Of a DNA stretch of 64,000 nt, positions 27,153-37,564 are shown piece by piece; the stretch's first letter is position 1; the number at the start of each line of letters is the position of its first letter. Under the pieces are notes generated by a model. The model saw only the letters and a list, made by a program, of their open reading frames with translations, was not told where the DNA came from and searched no databases. The stretch is from Alphaproteobacteria bacterium (GTDB taxonomy: Bacteria > Pseudomonadota > Alphaproteobacteria > Micropepsales > Micropepsaceae), in NCBI GenBank assembly GCA_017307355.1, contig JAFKFG010000019.1, positions 3,426 to 67,425 of the forward strand, written 5' to 3'. The position numbers and the translations under genes were made by a program.

Positions 27153-28121
27153 TTACTTCATCCGGGCGCGCGGGTCGAAGCTGGAATGCCAGCCTTCGAC
27201 GAAATTCCGCAAACCCGCATCGGGAGGGTCGGGAAGCGCCACCACCAGCCGAACATAAAGGTCGCCGGCCGGTTCGCTATTGGCCGCGCCATGGGCGGGA
27301 ACTCCCTTGCCCTTGAGCCGCAGCACGGCGCCGGAATTGGAGTTGGGCGGGATGGTCAAGTTGAGAGTCCCACTCAAAGTCGGCACCGGCACTTTTGCGC
27401 CCAGCACCGCTTCCTTCAGCGTGACCGGCAGATCCATTCTCAGATCGTTGCCGTCGCGGGTGAGATAGGGATGGGGCGCCACCGTCACCTGGATCAGCAC
27501 ATCGCCATTGGGGCCGCCCTGGCGTCCGGCGCCGCCCCGGCCCTTGGCGCGGATCTGCTGTCCGTCTTTCAACCCTGCGGGAATTTTCACATCGATCTGT
27601 TCGCCATTGGCCAGCACGATGCGGCGGGTGCCGCCCATCACGCTTTCGGCGAAGCTGGCGGTGATGGCGACGGCAAAATCCTCGCCGCGGGCGGGACGGG
27701 GCGCGCCGCGTCCGCCACGGGCACGTCCGCCGCCCATCAGGTCCGCGAAAATGTCCTCGGCCGAGAAGCCTTGTGCGCCGCCGCGATCGTCCCAGCTGAA
27801 ATGAAATTCACGTTCGCCGCCCGCGCCACCGCCGGGCGCGCCGCCAAAGCCGAACGGATTGGCGCGAAACCCTCCGGCGCGCGGATCGAAGCCGCGCGGA
27901 TTGCCGGCGGCGTCGATTTCGCCGGCATCGAATTTGGCGCGCTTGTCCTTGTCGCCCAGAACATCATAGGCGGCCGAGATTTCCTGGAAGCGCTTCTTGG
28001 CCGCTTCGTCCCCGGCATGGGTGTCGGGATGGTGCTTTTTGGCCAGGCTGCGGAATGCCTTTTTGATGTCCGCCTCGCTGGCGGACTTGGCAACACCCAG
28101 GACTTGATACGGATCGCGCAT
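27153..28121 (-). CDS. J-domain chaperone, CbpA/DnaJ-like (no zinc-finger region)
   Basis: J domain (DPYQVLGVAKSASEADIKKAFRSLAKKHHPDTH), a Gly-rich linker and DnaJ C-terminal substrate-binding domains. No CxxCxGxG repeats. Confidence 0.85.
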   Translation of the reverse strand: MRDPYQVLGVAKSASEADIKKAFRSLAKKHHPDTHAGDEAAKKRFQEISAAYDVLGDKDKRAKFDAGEIDAAGNPRGFDPRAGGFRANPFGFGGAPGGGAGGEREFHFSWDDRGGAQGFSAEDIFADLMGGGRARGGRGAPRPARGEDFAVAITASFAESVMGGTRRIVLANGEQIDVKIPAGLKDGQQIRAKGRGGAGRQGGPNGDVLIQVTVAPHPYLTRDGNDLRMDLPVTLKEAVLGAKVPVPTLSGTLNLTIPPNSNSGAVLRLKGKGVPAHGAANSEPAGDLYVRLVVALPDPPDAGLRNFVEGWHSSFDPRARMK

Positions 28122-28204
28122 GACTTCTCCCGGCCGCAGGATTCGCGGCCAACCGCAATATAAGGTGCCCCGGCCTTCATGCCAGTGGCGGGTTTCCTGG
28201 GACG

Positions 28205-28807
28205 CTAACGCGTGATCGTGGACGGCTCCGCAGGGGCCGCCGGAGGGCTCTGGACGGCCTGATCGGCGGAAGCGGGGCCAAGCTGATCCAGCCGGGCCTG
28301 CGCCTCTTTCATGCCATGGCTGGCCGCGGCGGCGTAGAGATCGCGGGCCACGGCCATGTTTCTGGGCACCTGCTGGCCTACTTCGTAAAATTGCGCCAAC
28401 TCATACTGAGCCAGGGGATGGTTGGCGGATGCGGCGGCCTCCAGGAGGGGCAGGGCGCGCTTGAAATCCGGCGGGCCGGCTTCGCCGCGAATCAGCATAT
28501 CGGCGAGATCGGCCTGGGCGGTGGGCAGGCCCGCCTCGGCGGCCCGCAGGTACATATCCTCGGCCCCTTTGGGGTCTTTGGCGGTTCCCAGGCCCTGTCG
28601 GCGCATCATCGCCACGTTCCGCATCGCGGCGATATCGTCATCGTCGATCGCCGACCAGATCTTGTAAGCCTTGGGATAGTCGCCCGCATCGTAAGCGGCG
28701 ACCCCGGCATCGAAGTCGTTCTTCAGCGACGCGCCCGTGGTATCGCTGGCGCAGCCCGCCGTCGCGAACCCCAACAGAAGCGGAATAATCGGCAACAGTT
28801 TGCGCAT
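28205..28807 (-). CDS. Sel1-repeat (TPR-like) lipoprotein
   Basis: Lipobox ([12 protein letters not shown]) followed by repeated Sel1-like units ([39 protein letters not shown]...). Confidence 0.8.
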   Translation of the reverse strand: MRKLLPIIPLLLGFATAGCASDTTGASLKNDFDAGVAAYDAGDYPKAYKIWSAIDDDDIAAMRNVAMMRRQGLGTAKDPKGAEDMYLRAAEAGLPTAQADLADMLIRGEAGPPDFKRALPLLEAAASANHPLAQYELAQFYEVGQQVPRNMAVARDLYAAAASHGMKEAQARLDQLGPASADQAVQSPPAAPAEPSTITR

Positions 28808-28867
28808 GGCATCCCTTCCGTGCCGAGGCTAGCCTGTCCCCGGCCGGGATGCTACGGCGGAGCGATC

Positions 28868-29491
28868 ATGGGTGATATCGGCGGATCTTTGGATGATGGC
28901 GGCATCGCGTCGGGGCGCGATCCTTTTGCGCTGTTCGCCGAATGGCTGAAGGAAGCCGAAGCGAGCGAGCCCAACGATCCCAATGCCATGTCGCTGGCGA
29001 CCGTGGATGCTGGGGGCCGCCCCAACCTGCGCATGGTCCTGCTCAAGGGCGTGGATGCGAACGGCTTCGTGTTCTATTCGAATACCGAGAGCGCCAAGGG
29101 CGGCGAGCTGGCCGCCAACGCCGTCGCCGCGATCAATTTTCATTGGAAGAGCCTTCGCCGCGCGGTGCGCGCCCGCGGCACGGTCACCCAAGTGAGCGCG
29201 GCGGAAGCCGACGCCTATTTCGCCACCAGGCCCAAGGACAGCCAGATCGGAGCCTGGGCCTCGGCCCAGTCGCGGCCGATGGAAGGCCGCTGGACCTTCG
29301 AAAAGGAGATCGCGAAATTCGCGGCGAAATACGCCCTCTCCAAAGTGCCGCGTCCCGATTATTGGAACGGCTATCGCATCCGGCCGTTCGAAATCGAATT
29401 CTGGCGCGACAGGCCGTTTCGTCTCCATGACCGGCTGGTCTATCGCCGCGACGGCGAGGGGCCGTGGCGGACAGAACGTCTTTTCCCGTGA
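28868..29491 (+). CDS. pdxH: Pyridoxamine 5'-phosphate oxidase
   Basis: ATG 28868. Motifs [38 protein letters not shown] and [17 protein letters not shown]. Confidence 0.9.
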   Translation: MGDIGGSLDDGGIASGRDPFALFAEWLKEAEASEPNDPNAMSLATVDAGGRPNLRMVLLKGVDANGFVFYSNTESAKGGELAANAVAAINFHWKSLRRAVRARGTVTQVSAAEADAYFATRPKDSQIGAWASAQSRPMEGRWTFEKEIAKFAAKYALSKVPRPDYWNGYRIRPFEIEFWRDRPFRLHDRLVYRRDGEGPWRTERLFP

Positions 29492-29517
29492 GCGGTGGCC
29501 TGGACAGCGAAAATCTG

Positions 29518-30381
29518 ATGCGCCGCGCCGCCCTGGCGTCGGCGAGCGTTTCGCTTCTGCTGGTGGCAATCAAGACCTTCGCCTATTTCGCGTCGCACTC
29601 CGTGGCGATGCTGGCGAGCCTGGCGGATTCCGCGCTCGATCTCTTTACGGCCGCTCTCAATCTCTTCGCCATCCGCGAGGCTTTGACGCCGCCCGACCGC
29701 GAGCATCGCTTCGGTCATGGCAAGGCCGAGCCGCTGGCGGGCCTGGTGCAAGGCGCCTTCATCGCCGCCTCTGCCTTGTTCCTGGTGATCCAGGCGGTGC
29801 AAAGGCTGATCAATCCCCAGCCGGTCGAGCATGGCGTGGCGGCCTTGATCGTGATGCTGATCTCCATCGCCTTCGCGGCCGGCCTGATTTTGTATGAGCG
29901 CGAAGTGATACGGCGTACCGGCTCGGTCGCCATTTCCGCGGACCAAAACCATTATATCGGCGATCTGGCCACCAATGTCGGCGTGGTCATCGCCATCCTG
30001 CTGGCGACGGGATTGGGATGGCTTGAGGCCGATCCCATCATCGCGCTTCTGGTGGCGGCGGTGATGGTGGCCAGCGCCTGGCTGGTGTTCCGCCAGAGTC
30101 TCGATCAGCTGATGGACCGCGAGTTGCCGGATGCGGAGCGGGAGAAGATCAAGGCCATCATCCGCGCCCATCCCGAAGTTCTCAGCCTGCACGACCTGAA
30201 GACCCGCGCCGCCGGGCTCTATACCTTCATCCAGGTGCATATCGAACTGGATCCGCAGATGCCGTTGTCACGGGCGCATGCGGTGAGCGATGCGGTGGAA
30301 CAGGAGCTTTGCGCCGCCTTTGAGCGGGCGGAAGTGATCATTCACCAAGACCCCGCCGGACTGGAACCGGTGCGGGAATGA
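29518..30381 (+). CDS. Cation diffusion facilitator family transporter (FieF-like)
   Basis: Motifs SVAMLASLADSALDL and HRFGHGKAEPLAGL, plus a C-terminal cytoplasmic domain (LSLHDLKTRAAGLYTFIQVHIELD). ATG 29518 chosen; GTG 29464, overlapping pdxH, is the alternative start. Confidence 0.85.
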   Translation: MRRAALASASVSLLLVAIKTFAYFASHSVAMLASLADSALDLFTAALNLFAIREALTPPDREHRFGHGKAEPLAGLVQGAFIAASALFLVIQAVQRLINPQPVEHGVAALIVMLISIAFAAGLILYEREVIRRTGSVAISADQNHYIGDLATNVGVVIAILLATGLGWLEADPIIALLVAAVMVASAWLVFRQSLDQLMDRELPDAEREKIKAIIRAHPEVLSLHDLKTRAAGLYTFIQVHIELDPQMPLSRAHAVSDAVEQELCAAFERAEVIIHQDPAGLEPVRE

Positions 30382-30524
30382 TCGCCGGTCCGCACTGTCG
30401 TCAAACCGCTATAAAACTGTCGTAACGACGGGCCTGGCGCCTCGCGGGCTCATGGCCGGCGTCATGACGGGCAACGGGACATGCAGAATCTGCAGCATTG
30501 CGCCGGGCTGGCGTCGGCGGGCGG

Positions 30525-30749
30525 CTATTTTCCCTTGCGGGCGTCGGCCAGAATTTCGGCCACCATTTCCTTGCCTTCGGCGCTGTGCAGCCAGGCTTCG
30601 GCTTCATTCTGCGAGGCGAATTGCAGCGGCACTTTCTGCGGCTTGTTGCGGTCCGGGACCGGCACCAGGACTTCGAATGTACCCGCCAGGCGCACATCCT
30701 TGGTTTCGGCGGCATAGGGAGGCGCCAGCTTGGGCTGCTTGTTTTTCAT
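30525..30749 (-). CDS. Hypothetical small protein (74 aa)
   Basis: Compact ORF immediately downstream of rluB on the same strand. Composition is non-repetitive (MKNKQPKLAPPYAAETKDVRLAGTFEVLVPVPDRNKPQKVPLQF...). No family recognised. Confidence 0.45.
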   Translation of the reverse strand: MKNKQPKLAPPYAAETKDVRLAGTFEVLVPVPDRNKPQKVPLQFASQNEAEAWLHSAEGKEMVAEILADARKGK

Positions 30750-30782
30750 ATCGGGTCTCGCCGGATTTGTGCGGGGCTTCTA

Positions 30783-31628
30783 TCAGCTTCTTTTGCGTTT
30801 TGCCAAATGCCCGGATTTCGCAGGTGTTTTGGCCTTTTCCGGCTTTTTCCAGGGGGCATCATGGGCGTCCGGCGCCCGCTTTTTGCGACCGATGCCCAGC
30901 TGTTCGCGCCACAGGCGGGCGGGGATTTCCTCGACCTGGCCTTCGGCCAGATGCCCCAGCTGGAAAGGGCCATAGGAGATGCGGATCAGCCGCGCCACTT
31001 TCAGGCCCAGCGATTCCATCACCCGCTTGACCTCGCGATTCTTGCCTTCCTTCAAGGACACCGTCGCCCAGGAATAGACGCCCTTGCTGCGCTCGATATC
31101 CGCGACGATGGGACCATAAGTGACGCCCGCGATGGTGACGCCGGTGGCCAGCTTGTCGAGATCGGCCTGGGTCACTTTGCCGAACAGCCGGGCCCGGTAT
31201 TTGCGCACCCATCCCGCCGAGGGGACTTCGAGCCGCCGTGCGATCTCTCCGTCATTGGTGAGCAGCAACAGGCCTTCGGAATTGAAATCCAGCCGCCCCA
31301 CCGAGACCACGCGGCCCAGCGATTTGGGCAGGCTGGCGAACACGGTATCGCGGCCCTTTTCGTCCTTGTGCGTGGTCACCAGGCCGGACGGCTTGTGATA
31401 GCGCCACAGCCGCGCCGGCTCGCGCGCGGCCAGGGGCTTGCCGTCCACTTGGATGACATTGTTCTCGGTGACGTTGCGGGCGGGGCTGGTGACGATTTCG
31501 CCGTCCAGCATCACCCGTCCTTCCGCGATCATCCGCTCGGCGTCGCGGCGCGAACCCAGGCCCGCCCGCGCGATCGCTTTTGCTATGCGCTCGCCTTCCG
31601 GCTTATCTTCGGACAAAAGGATCTCCAT
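30783..31628 (-). CDS. rluB: 23S rRNA pseudouridine synthase, RluB/RsuA family
   Basis: S4 domain (GERIAKAIARAGLGSRRDAERMIAEGRV), catalytic GRLDFNSEGLLLLTNDG and a basic C-terminal tail. Start is either ATG 31628 or TTG 31616 (the latter preceded by GGAGA). The listed ORF extension to 31988 is discarded. Confidence 0.85.
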   Translation of the reverse strand: MEILLSEDKPEGERIAKAIARAGLGSRRDAERMIAEGRVMLDGEIVTSPARNVTENNVIQVDGKPLAAREPARLWRYHKPSGLVTTHKDEKGRDTVFASLPKSLGRVVSVGRLDFNSEGLLLLTNDGEIARRLEVPSAGWVRKYRARLFGKVTQADLDKLATGVTIAGVTYGPIVADIERSKGVYSWATVSLKEGKNREVKRVMESLGLKVARLIRISYGPFQLGHLAEGQVEEIPARLWREQLGIGRKKRAPDAHDAPWKKPEKAKTPAKSGHLAKRKRS

Positions 31629-32082
31629 GCAGGACGAAGAAGCCATAGCATTGGCGCTGGCCGAAGCGAAGGCATGCGCCGACCGGGGCGAGGTGCCGGT
31701 GGGTGCCGTGCTGCTGGCGGCCGACGGCACGCTTCTGGCGAAGGACGGCAACCGGATCCTGGAGCGCCGCGATCCCACTGCCCATGCCGAGATGCTGGTG
31801 CTGCGGGCGGGCGCCGAGGCTTTGGGCAATGAAAGGCTGGGCGGGACCAGCCTGTTCGTCTCGCTGGAACCTTGTGCCATGTGCGCGGGCGCGATTTCAC
31901 TGGCCCGGGTGGGCCGGCTGGTTTTCGCGGCGGAAGACGCCAAGGGCGGCGCGGTGCTGCACGGGCCGTGCTTTTTCGAGCAGCCCACCTGCCATCACCG
32001 GCCCCTCATCGGCCGGGCCGGCGATCCCGTGACGGCGGGCGACATGCTGAAGAATTTTTTCCGGCTGCGGCGCCAGGGCTGA
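31627..32082 (+). CDS. tadA: tRNA adenosine(34) deaminase
   Basis: ATG 31627 is preceded by AAGGA. CDA motifs HAEMLVL and LEPCAMCAGAI are present. Confidence 0.9.
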   Translation: MQDEEAIALALAEAKACADRGEVPVGAVLLAADGTLLAKDGNRILERRDPTAHAEMLVLRAGAEALGNERLGGTSLFVSLEPCAMCAGAISLARVGRLVFAAEDAKGGAVLHGPCFFEQPTCHHRPLIGRAGDPVTAGDMLKNFFRLRRQG

Positions 32083-32094
32083 TCGGAAGAAGGC

Positions 32095-32715
32095 CTAGAA
32101 CCATCCCGGGGCATAGCCGGGAAAGCCCAGCAGCAGCACTTCGCGCGCCGCAATCAGCCCGATGCCCGCGCCGATCAGCACGTCGCTGAGAAAATGCGCC
32201 GTCAGCAAGGCCCGCGTCACCGCCAGGATCGCGGCGATGGCGAACCAAAGCGGCCAGAGAAACGGCCAGACGCAGGTAAAGACCACCGCCACGCAGCAGA
32301 TCGTCAGGGCGTGGCCCGACGGGAAGGAATTATATTCCAGATTGAAGGAGAGGGGCAGGAAGCCATAAAGCCCCATCTCCATATCGTCGCGCGGGCGCCG
32401 GCGGCCGAGAAGAAGCTTGATCGCATGCAGCACCATGCTGCCCACGGTCAGGCTGGCGATGAAGGCGAGGCTATATGTGATCACCAATTCCAGATCCGCG
32501 CCGCGGGCTCCGAAATGGCGGGCCAGTGCCGTGCCCACCAGCGCCAGGACCGCGGCCGCGAGCCAGTGCCCGGCCTTGGCGTAATGGGTGATGCTGTCGA
32601 GGAATTTGTGGGCCCGCGCGTTGACATGGTCGTAGATGAAATGCGCGGCGCGGCGGTCGATCCAGAGCGCGGCCAGGCCCAGCAGAATGAGGGCAAATCC
32701 GATCTTAAACAGCAT
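32095..32715 (-). CDS. PAP2-family membrane phosphatase
   Basis: Polytopic membrane protein with PAP2 motifs (KLLLGRRRP, FPSGH, SDVLIGAG). Confidence 0.8.
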   Translation of the reverse strand: MLFKIGFALILLGLAALWIDRRAAHFIYDHVNARAHKFLDSITHYAKAGHWLAAAVLALVGTALARHFGARGADLELVITYSLAFIASLTVGSMVLHAIKLLLGRRRPRDDMEMGLYGFLPLSFNLEYNSFPSGHALTICCVAVVFTCVWPFLWPLWFAIAAILAVTRALLTAHFLSDVLIGAGIGLIAAREVLLLGFPGYAPGWF

Positions 32716-32775
32716 GGCTTTGGTTGCTATGCCGGCGCGGCCAAGTCAAGGCGGCCAAGTCATACAAGCCTGGAA

Positions 32776-34350
32776 TCAGGCCGCGGCGCGGGCCACCGGG
32801 CGCGCGGCAAAATCGACGCTGACCGTGGTGCCGTCGCCTTCGACACTCTCGATGCTGGCGCCGCCCCCATGGCTTTCGCTCAAGGCCTTGATCAAGGCCA
32901 GCCCCAGCCCGGTCCCGCCCTGGGCCAGGAAGGGATTCGAGCGGGCCTGTTCGAAAGGCTGGCCCAGCCGCTTGATGTCCTCGGCCGCGATGCCGATGCC
33001 GGTATCGCGCACGATCACTCTTGTCTTGGCGTCATGCTCCTCCACCGCGACGCTGACGCGCCCGCCCCGTGGGGTGAATTTGATCGCGTTGGAGAGAAGA
33101 TTGAGCAGGATCTGTTTGACCGCACGGCGATCGGCGGTGATGAAGACCGGCCGCGCCTCTTCGATCACCAGATCCACGCCCGCGGTATCGGCGCGGTCCT
33201 GCATCAGATCCACCGTGTCCCGGATCGTGCCGGGCAGGTCGACCTTCTCGAAATTCAGCTTGAGCTTGCCCGCCTCGATCTTGGCCATATCCAGCATATC
33301 GCTGATGAGATCGAGCAGATGCTGGCCGGATTGATAGATGATGTCGGCATATTCCTCGTAGCGGGCATTGCCCAAGGGTCCCAGGATCTGCTGGCGCATC
33401 AGTTCGGTGAATCCGATGATGGCATTGAGCGGCGTGCGCAATTCGTGGCTCATATTCGCCAGGAATTTCGATTTGGCCTGGTTGGCGGCTTCGGCCCGTT
33501 CGCGCGCCGCCGCGATTTCCTGTTCATGCTCCTTGCGCGCGGTGATGTCGCGCGAGACCGATACGATATTGCGTACCGCGCCGGTGCGGTCATCGTAAAT
33601 GGTGCGGGTGACCACTTCCAGCCAGATATAATGGCCGTCCCGATGCCGCACGCGATAGGTGGCGGTTACGGTCTGGCCGCGCCGCGGGATCATGCCCAGC
33701 TTGCGGGCCTCGGCGATGTCGTCGGGGTGCACCAGGTCGAAGAATTTTCCCCGTTCGATTTCGTTCGCGCCGCGGCCCAGAATCCGTTCCAGCGCTTCCG
33801 ACGCGAACAGGATGTCGCCATCGGCGGTATAGAAGATGATGATGTCCGAAGCCTCGCGCGTCATTACGCGGTATTGCTCCTGGGCCACCGTGCGGGCTTC
33901 CTCATCGCGCATCCGCTGGGTGATGTTCTGGCAGACGCCGATCAGGGCGGTGACGCGGCCATGATCGCCGATCTCCACTTCGCCATGCATGTCGATGACC
34001 TGGCCGCCGATGCCGGATAGCAAGGGCCCCAGGGTCACATCGTGCAGGCAATGGGAGAAGGAAGAGCGGGCCCGGATTGCCTGCGCCAGCATCTCGGTCA
34101 CTTTGGCCTGACCGTCTGAGGGCAGCTGCCGCCGCAGCCAGTCATTGTCCGGCTTGCGGTCCCTGGGATCGATCCCCATCAGCCGGTACATGCCCGGCGA
34201 CCAGAAATGCGATTGGTCGGTAAGGTCGTAGCGCCAGAAGCCGATATGAGCGGCGCGCTCCACCAGCGAGAAATAGGCGCTGAGCCGCGCTTCCTGTCCT
34301 GCCGGAAGGAGGCTTTGCAGCTCCTGCTGGATCTCCGCTCTGGTGATCAT
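32776..34350 (-). CDS. Cytoplasmic PAS-domain sensor histidine kinase
   Basis: ATG 34350 ([11 protein letters not shown]...). Two PAS-like modules, an H-box ([18 protein letters not shown]), an N-box ([12 protein letters not shown]) and a G-box ([12 protein letters not shown]). No TM segment and no adjacent response regulator. The listed ORF start at 34518 lies inside a tandem repeat and is discarded. Confidence 0.85.
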   Translation of the reverse strand: MITRAEIQQELQSLLPAGQEARLSAYFSLVERAAHIGFWRYDLTDQSHFWSPGMYRLMGIDPRDRKPDNDWLRRQLPSDGQAKVTEMLAQAIRARSSFSHCLHDVTLGPLLSGIGGQVIDMHGEVEIGDHGRVTALIGVCQNITQRMRDEEARTVAQEQYRVMTREASDIIIFYTADGDILFASEALERILGRGANEIERGKFFDLVHPDDIAEARKLGMIPRRGQTVTATYRVRHRDGHYIWLEVVTRTIYDDRTGAVRNIVSVSRDITARKEHEQEIAAARERAEAANQAKSKFLANMSHELRTPLNAIIGFTELMRQQILGPLGNARYEEYADIIYQSGQHLLDLISDMLDMAKIEAGKLKLNFEKVDLPGTIRDTVDLMQDRADTAGVDLVIEEARPVFITADRRAVKQILLNLLSNAIKFTPRGGRVSVAVEEHDAKTRVIVRDTGIGIAAEDIKRLGQPFEQARSNPFLAQGGTGLGLALIKALSESHGGGASIESVEGDGTTVSVDFAARPVARAAA

Positions 34351-34484
34351 GATTTCCCCGTCGGGCGGGGAGATTAGGGATCGCAGGTTAAGCAACGCTT
34401 TGTATGACAGGGTGAAAAAAGGCTTAACGATGCCGTTCCCGTCAACATGTGAGCATGCGCCAGCCCCGCCGGCGTGGAAGCCCG

Positions 34485-34613
34485 TTAGCGCTTGAGCGCG
34501 CGCCAACCCCGTCAGCACGAAAGCGCTTCAGCGCTTGAGCGTGCGCCAACCCCGTCAGCACGAAAGCGCTTCAGCGCTTGAGCGAGCGCCAACCCCGTCA
34601 GCGCGAAAGCGCT
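34485..34613. repeat. Three tandem 43-bp repeats duplicating the 3' end of purD
   Basis: Units 34485-34527, 34528-34570 and 34571-34613 differ at only 3 positions. The first 24 nt of each unit equal the last 24 nt of purD including its stop (34614-34637), apart from unit position 15 (first base of the Ala codon) and, in the distal unit only, the stop codon (TAA instead of TGA). Confidence 0.95.
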
Positions 34614-35897
34614 TCAGCGCTTGAGCGCGCGCCAACCTATGTCGCTGCGATGGAAGCTGCCGTTCCAATGAATGCGGGATACCGCGTCATAGGCACGGGC
34701 CTGAGCTTCGGCCACATCCTTGCCGGTTGCGGTGACATTCAGGACCCGTCCGCCCACCGCCACGATCTTGCCGTCCCGCCTTTCGGTGCCGGCATGGAAC
34801 AGCGTGATGCCGGGAAGCGAGGCGGCGGCATCGAGGCCGAATATCTCATGGCCTTTTTCATAGGCGCCGGGATAGCCCTTGGATGCCATCACCACGGTGA
34901 GGGCGGCTTCGTCTTTCCACCTCAGATCGAAGTCCGACAGCACGCCGTCCCGCGCCGCCAGGAGCGCGGTGAGAAGATCGCTTTTCAGGCGCGGCATCAG
35001 CACTTGCGCCTCCGGATCGCCGAAGCGGCAATTATATTCGACCAGCTTGGGGCCGTTCTTCGTGATCATCAAACCCAGATACAGCACGCCCATATAGCCG
35101 AGACCCTTGCGGGCGAAGGCCGCCACGGTGGGGCGGACGAAAATGTCCATCGCCCGGGCTTCCAGGGCGGGGGTGAGAACTGGCGCCGGGCTGTAGGCAC
35201 CCATGCCGCCGGTGTTGGGACCGACATCGCCGTCACCGACCCGCTTGTGATCCTGGGCTCCCGCCAGGGGAATGACATTCTTGCCGTCGCTGAGAGCGAA
35301 GAAGCTGGCTTCCTCGCCCTCCATGAATTCCTCGACCACGATCTCGTGCCCGCTGTCGCCGAAGCCCCCTTCGAACATGAAATCGATGGCGCGGTCGCTT
35401 TCGGCTTTGGACGCGGCGATGATCACGCCTTTGCCTGCCGCCAGCCCGTCGGCTTTGATCACCACGGGAAAGCCGATCGTGTCGGCGAACGCCTTGGCCG
35501 TAGCGGGATCGCGAAACCGGCGATAGGCCGCGGTGGGGATGCCGATCTCGGCACAGAGGTCTTTCACAAAGCCTTTGGAACCTTCCAGCACGGCGGCGGC
35601 TTTGGACGGGCCCAAGGCCCGGATGCCGGCGGCCTCGAACCGGTCCCACAATCCGCCCACCAGCTGGGCGTCCGCCGCGATCACGGCGAAATCGATTCGC
35701 CGGGACTTGGCGAATTCCACCAGGGCCGGAAAATCGGTGGCGGGAATAGGCACGCATTCGGCAACTTCCGCGATGCCGGCATTGCCGGGGGCGCAATAAA
35801 GCTTTGTCAGCATGGGGCTGGCGGACAATGCCCAGGCAAGCGCGTGCTCGCGGCCGCCCGATCCCACCAGAAGAATGTTCAATTTCGCCTCGCACAA
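34614..35897 (-). CDS. purD: Phosphoribosylamine--glycine ligase
   Basis: [19 protein letters not shown]-terminus and ATP-grasp motifs. Start is TTG 35897 or TTG 35882. Confidence 0.95.
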   Translation of the reverse strand: MCEAKLNILLVGSGGREHALAWALSASPMLTKLYCAPGNAGIAEVAECVPIPATDFPALVEFAKSRRIDFAVIAADAQLVGGLWDRFEAAGIRALGPSKAAAVLEGSKGFVKDLCAEIGIPTAAYRRFRDPATAKAFADTIGFPVVIKADGLAAGKGVIIAASKAESDRAIDFMFEGGFGDSGHEIVVEEFMEGEEASFFALSDGKNVIPLAGAQDHKRVGDGDVGPNTGGMGAYSPAPVLTPALEARAMDIFVRPTVAAFARKGLGYMGVLYLGLMITKNGPKLVEYNCRFGDPEAQVLMPRLKSDLLTALLAARDGVLSDFDLRWKDEAALTVVMASKGYPGAYEKGHEIFGLDAAASLPGITLFHAGTERRDGKIVAVGGRVLNVTATGKDVAEAQARAYDAVSRIHWNGSFHRSDIGWRALKR

Positions 35898-35929
35898 AAT
35901 CGCCGGAAAGTCTGTATCATCTGGGTCCC

Positions 35930-37339
35930 ATGAGTGAAACCGCCGAATCGTCTGCCGGCAGGCTGGTCAACCTGCCGGAATATTCCGTCACCGAACTGTC
36001 CGCCGCCTTGAAACGGACCGTGGAGGAGGGATTTCCCTTTGTCCGGGTGCGCGGCGAAGTTTCGGGGCTGAAGGCCGCCGCCTCGGGCCACATCTATTTC
36101 GACCTCAAGGACGACAAGGCGGTCCTGAACGCCATCGTCTGGAAACCCACGGCGCGGCTGCTCAAGGTCCGGCCCGAGCCGGGACTGGAAGTGATCTGCA
36201 TGGGCCGGGTGACCACCTATCCCGGATCGTCCCGCTATCAGTTGATCGTAGAGCAGGTGGAGTTGGCGGGCCTGGGCGCGCTGATGGCGATGCTGGAAGA
36301 GCGCAAGAAGCGCCTCACCGCCGAAGGGCTATTCGATGGCGCGCGCAAGAAGCCGCTTCCCTTCCTGCCGGAGGTGATCGGCGTGATCACCTCGCCCACG
36401 GGGGCGGTGATCCGCGATATCATGCATCGGCTCAACGCCCGCTTTCCCCGGCGCGTGCTTTTGTGGCCGGTGGCCGTGCAGGGCGAAAAAGCCGCCGCCG
36501 AAATCGCCGCCGCCATCACCGGCTTCAATGCGATGGGCGCGGCGTTTCCCCGGCCCGATCTTCTGATCGTGGCGCGGGGCGGCGGCTCCATCGAAGACCT
36601 GATGGCGTTCAACGAGGAAGCGGTGGTGCGGGCCGCCGCCGCCAGTAAAATTCCTCTGATCTCGGCGGTGGGGCACGAAACCGACACGACCTTGATCGAT
36701 TTCGCCAGCGACATGCGCGCACCCACGCCCACGGCCGCGGCGGAACTGGCGGTGCCGGTGCTGGCAGACTTGAATGCGGCGCTGGCCGATTTCAGCCGCC
36801 GGGCGCGCAACTGTTTCGACAAGGGCGTTTCGGATCGCAAGCGGCATCTGGTCCAGTTGGCGCGCGTTCTGCCCAAGCCCGAGCAATTGTTCGCCATTCC
36901 CAGTCAGCGGCTGGACCGGGCGGCGGAGCGTATCGGCCTGGGCTTGGCGCGCAATCTGCAGATCCATCGCGCCCGCCTGGTCAAGGCGGAAGCGTTGCTG
37001 CGGCCGCGGCCGATTGCGACGCGGATCGGCAATGCCCGCGAACGGATTGCAAATCTCGGTGCGCGCGCCCAGCGCTGCGAAAGCGCTTATCTGGCCAAGG
37101 AGCGCGGGAAGCTGGAATCGCTGATGCGCATTCTGGACGGCATTTCCTATAAAGCCGTGCTGGAGCGGGGTTTTGCGCTGGTGCGCAGTGCAGATGGCAA
37201 GATACGCCGCCGCGCCGGCGAGATCAAAGCCGGCGAGGCGCTTCACCTTGTGTTTGCCGATGGCGAAAAATCGGCGCATGCGGAAGGCGGCGCGCCGCGC
37301 GGCAAAAAAACTGGAGCCGATCAGGGTTCCTTGTTCTAG
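35930..37339 (+). CDS. xseA: Exodeoxyribonuclease VII large subunit
   Basis: ATG 35930. OB-fold N-terminus ([31 protein letters not shown]...[10 protein letters not shown]) and the block [14 protein letters not shown]. Confidence 0.9.
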   Translation: MSETAESSAGRLVNLPEYSVTELSAALKRTVEEGFPFVRVRGEVSGLKAAASGHIYFDLKDDKAVLNAIVWKPTARLLKVRPEPGLEVICMGRVTTYPGSSRYQLIVEQVELAGLGALMAMLEERKKRLTAEGLFDGARKKPLPFLPEVIGVITSPTGAVIRDIMHRLNARFPRRVLLWPVAVQGEKAAAEIAAAITGFNAMGAAFPRPDLLIVARGGGSIEDLMAFNEEAVVRAAAASKIPLISAVGHETDTTLIDFASDMRAPTPTAAAELAVPVLADLNAALADFSRRARNCFDKGVSDRKRHLVQLARVLPKPEQLFAIPSQRLDRAAERIGLGLARNLQIHRARLVKAEALLRPRPIATRIGNARERIANLGARAQRCESAYLAKERGKLESLMRILDGISYKAVLERGFALVRSADGKIRRRAGEIKAGEALHLVFADGEKSAHAEGGAPRGKKTGADQGSLF

Positions 37340-37348
37340 GATAAGCAG

Positions 37349-37564
37349 ATGAACCGCATGGACCGTGAAAAAGGCGAAGCGAAACTCCGTTTCCTGGACG
37401 GCGATTTCGAAGTGTTGCAACCCGGCGCGTATGTGGTGTGCGCGGTGACGGGCACGCATATTCCCCTGGACGCGCTGCGTTATTGGAGCGTTGATCTGCA
37501 GGAGGCCTATGCCAGCCCCGCCATCGCCACCCAGCGGATGCAGGAAAAGGGCCTGGTTCCCTGA
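37349..37564 (+). CDS. DUF2093 domain-containing protein
   Basis: 71 aa. AKLRFLDGDFEVLQPGAYVVCAVTGTHIPLDALRYWSVDLQEAY matches my recollection of DUF2093. Confidence 0.75.
   Translation: MNRMDREKGEAKLRFLDGDFEVLQPGAYVVCAVTGTHIPLDALRYWSVDLQEAYASPAIATQRMQEKGLVP

Noticed and set aside
34351-34518. 56-codon N-terminal extension of the histidine kinase ORF.
   Set aside because: It starts inside the purD-derived tandem repeat and has no kinase-related sequence. ATG 34350 gives a sensible N-terminus.
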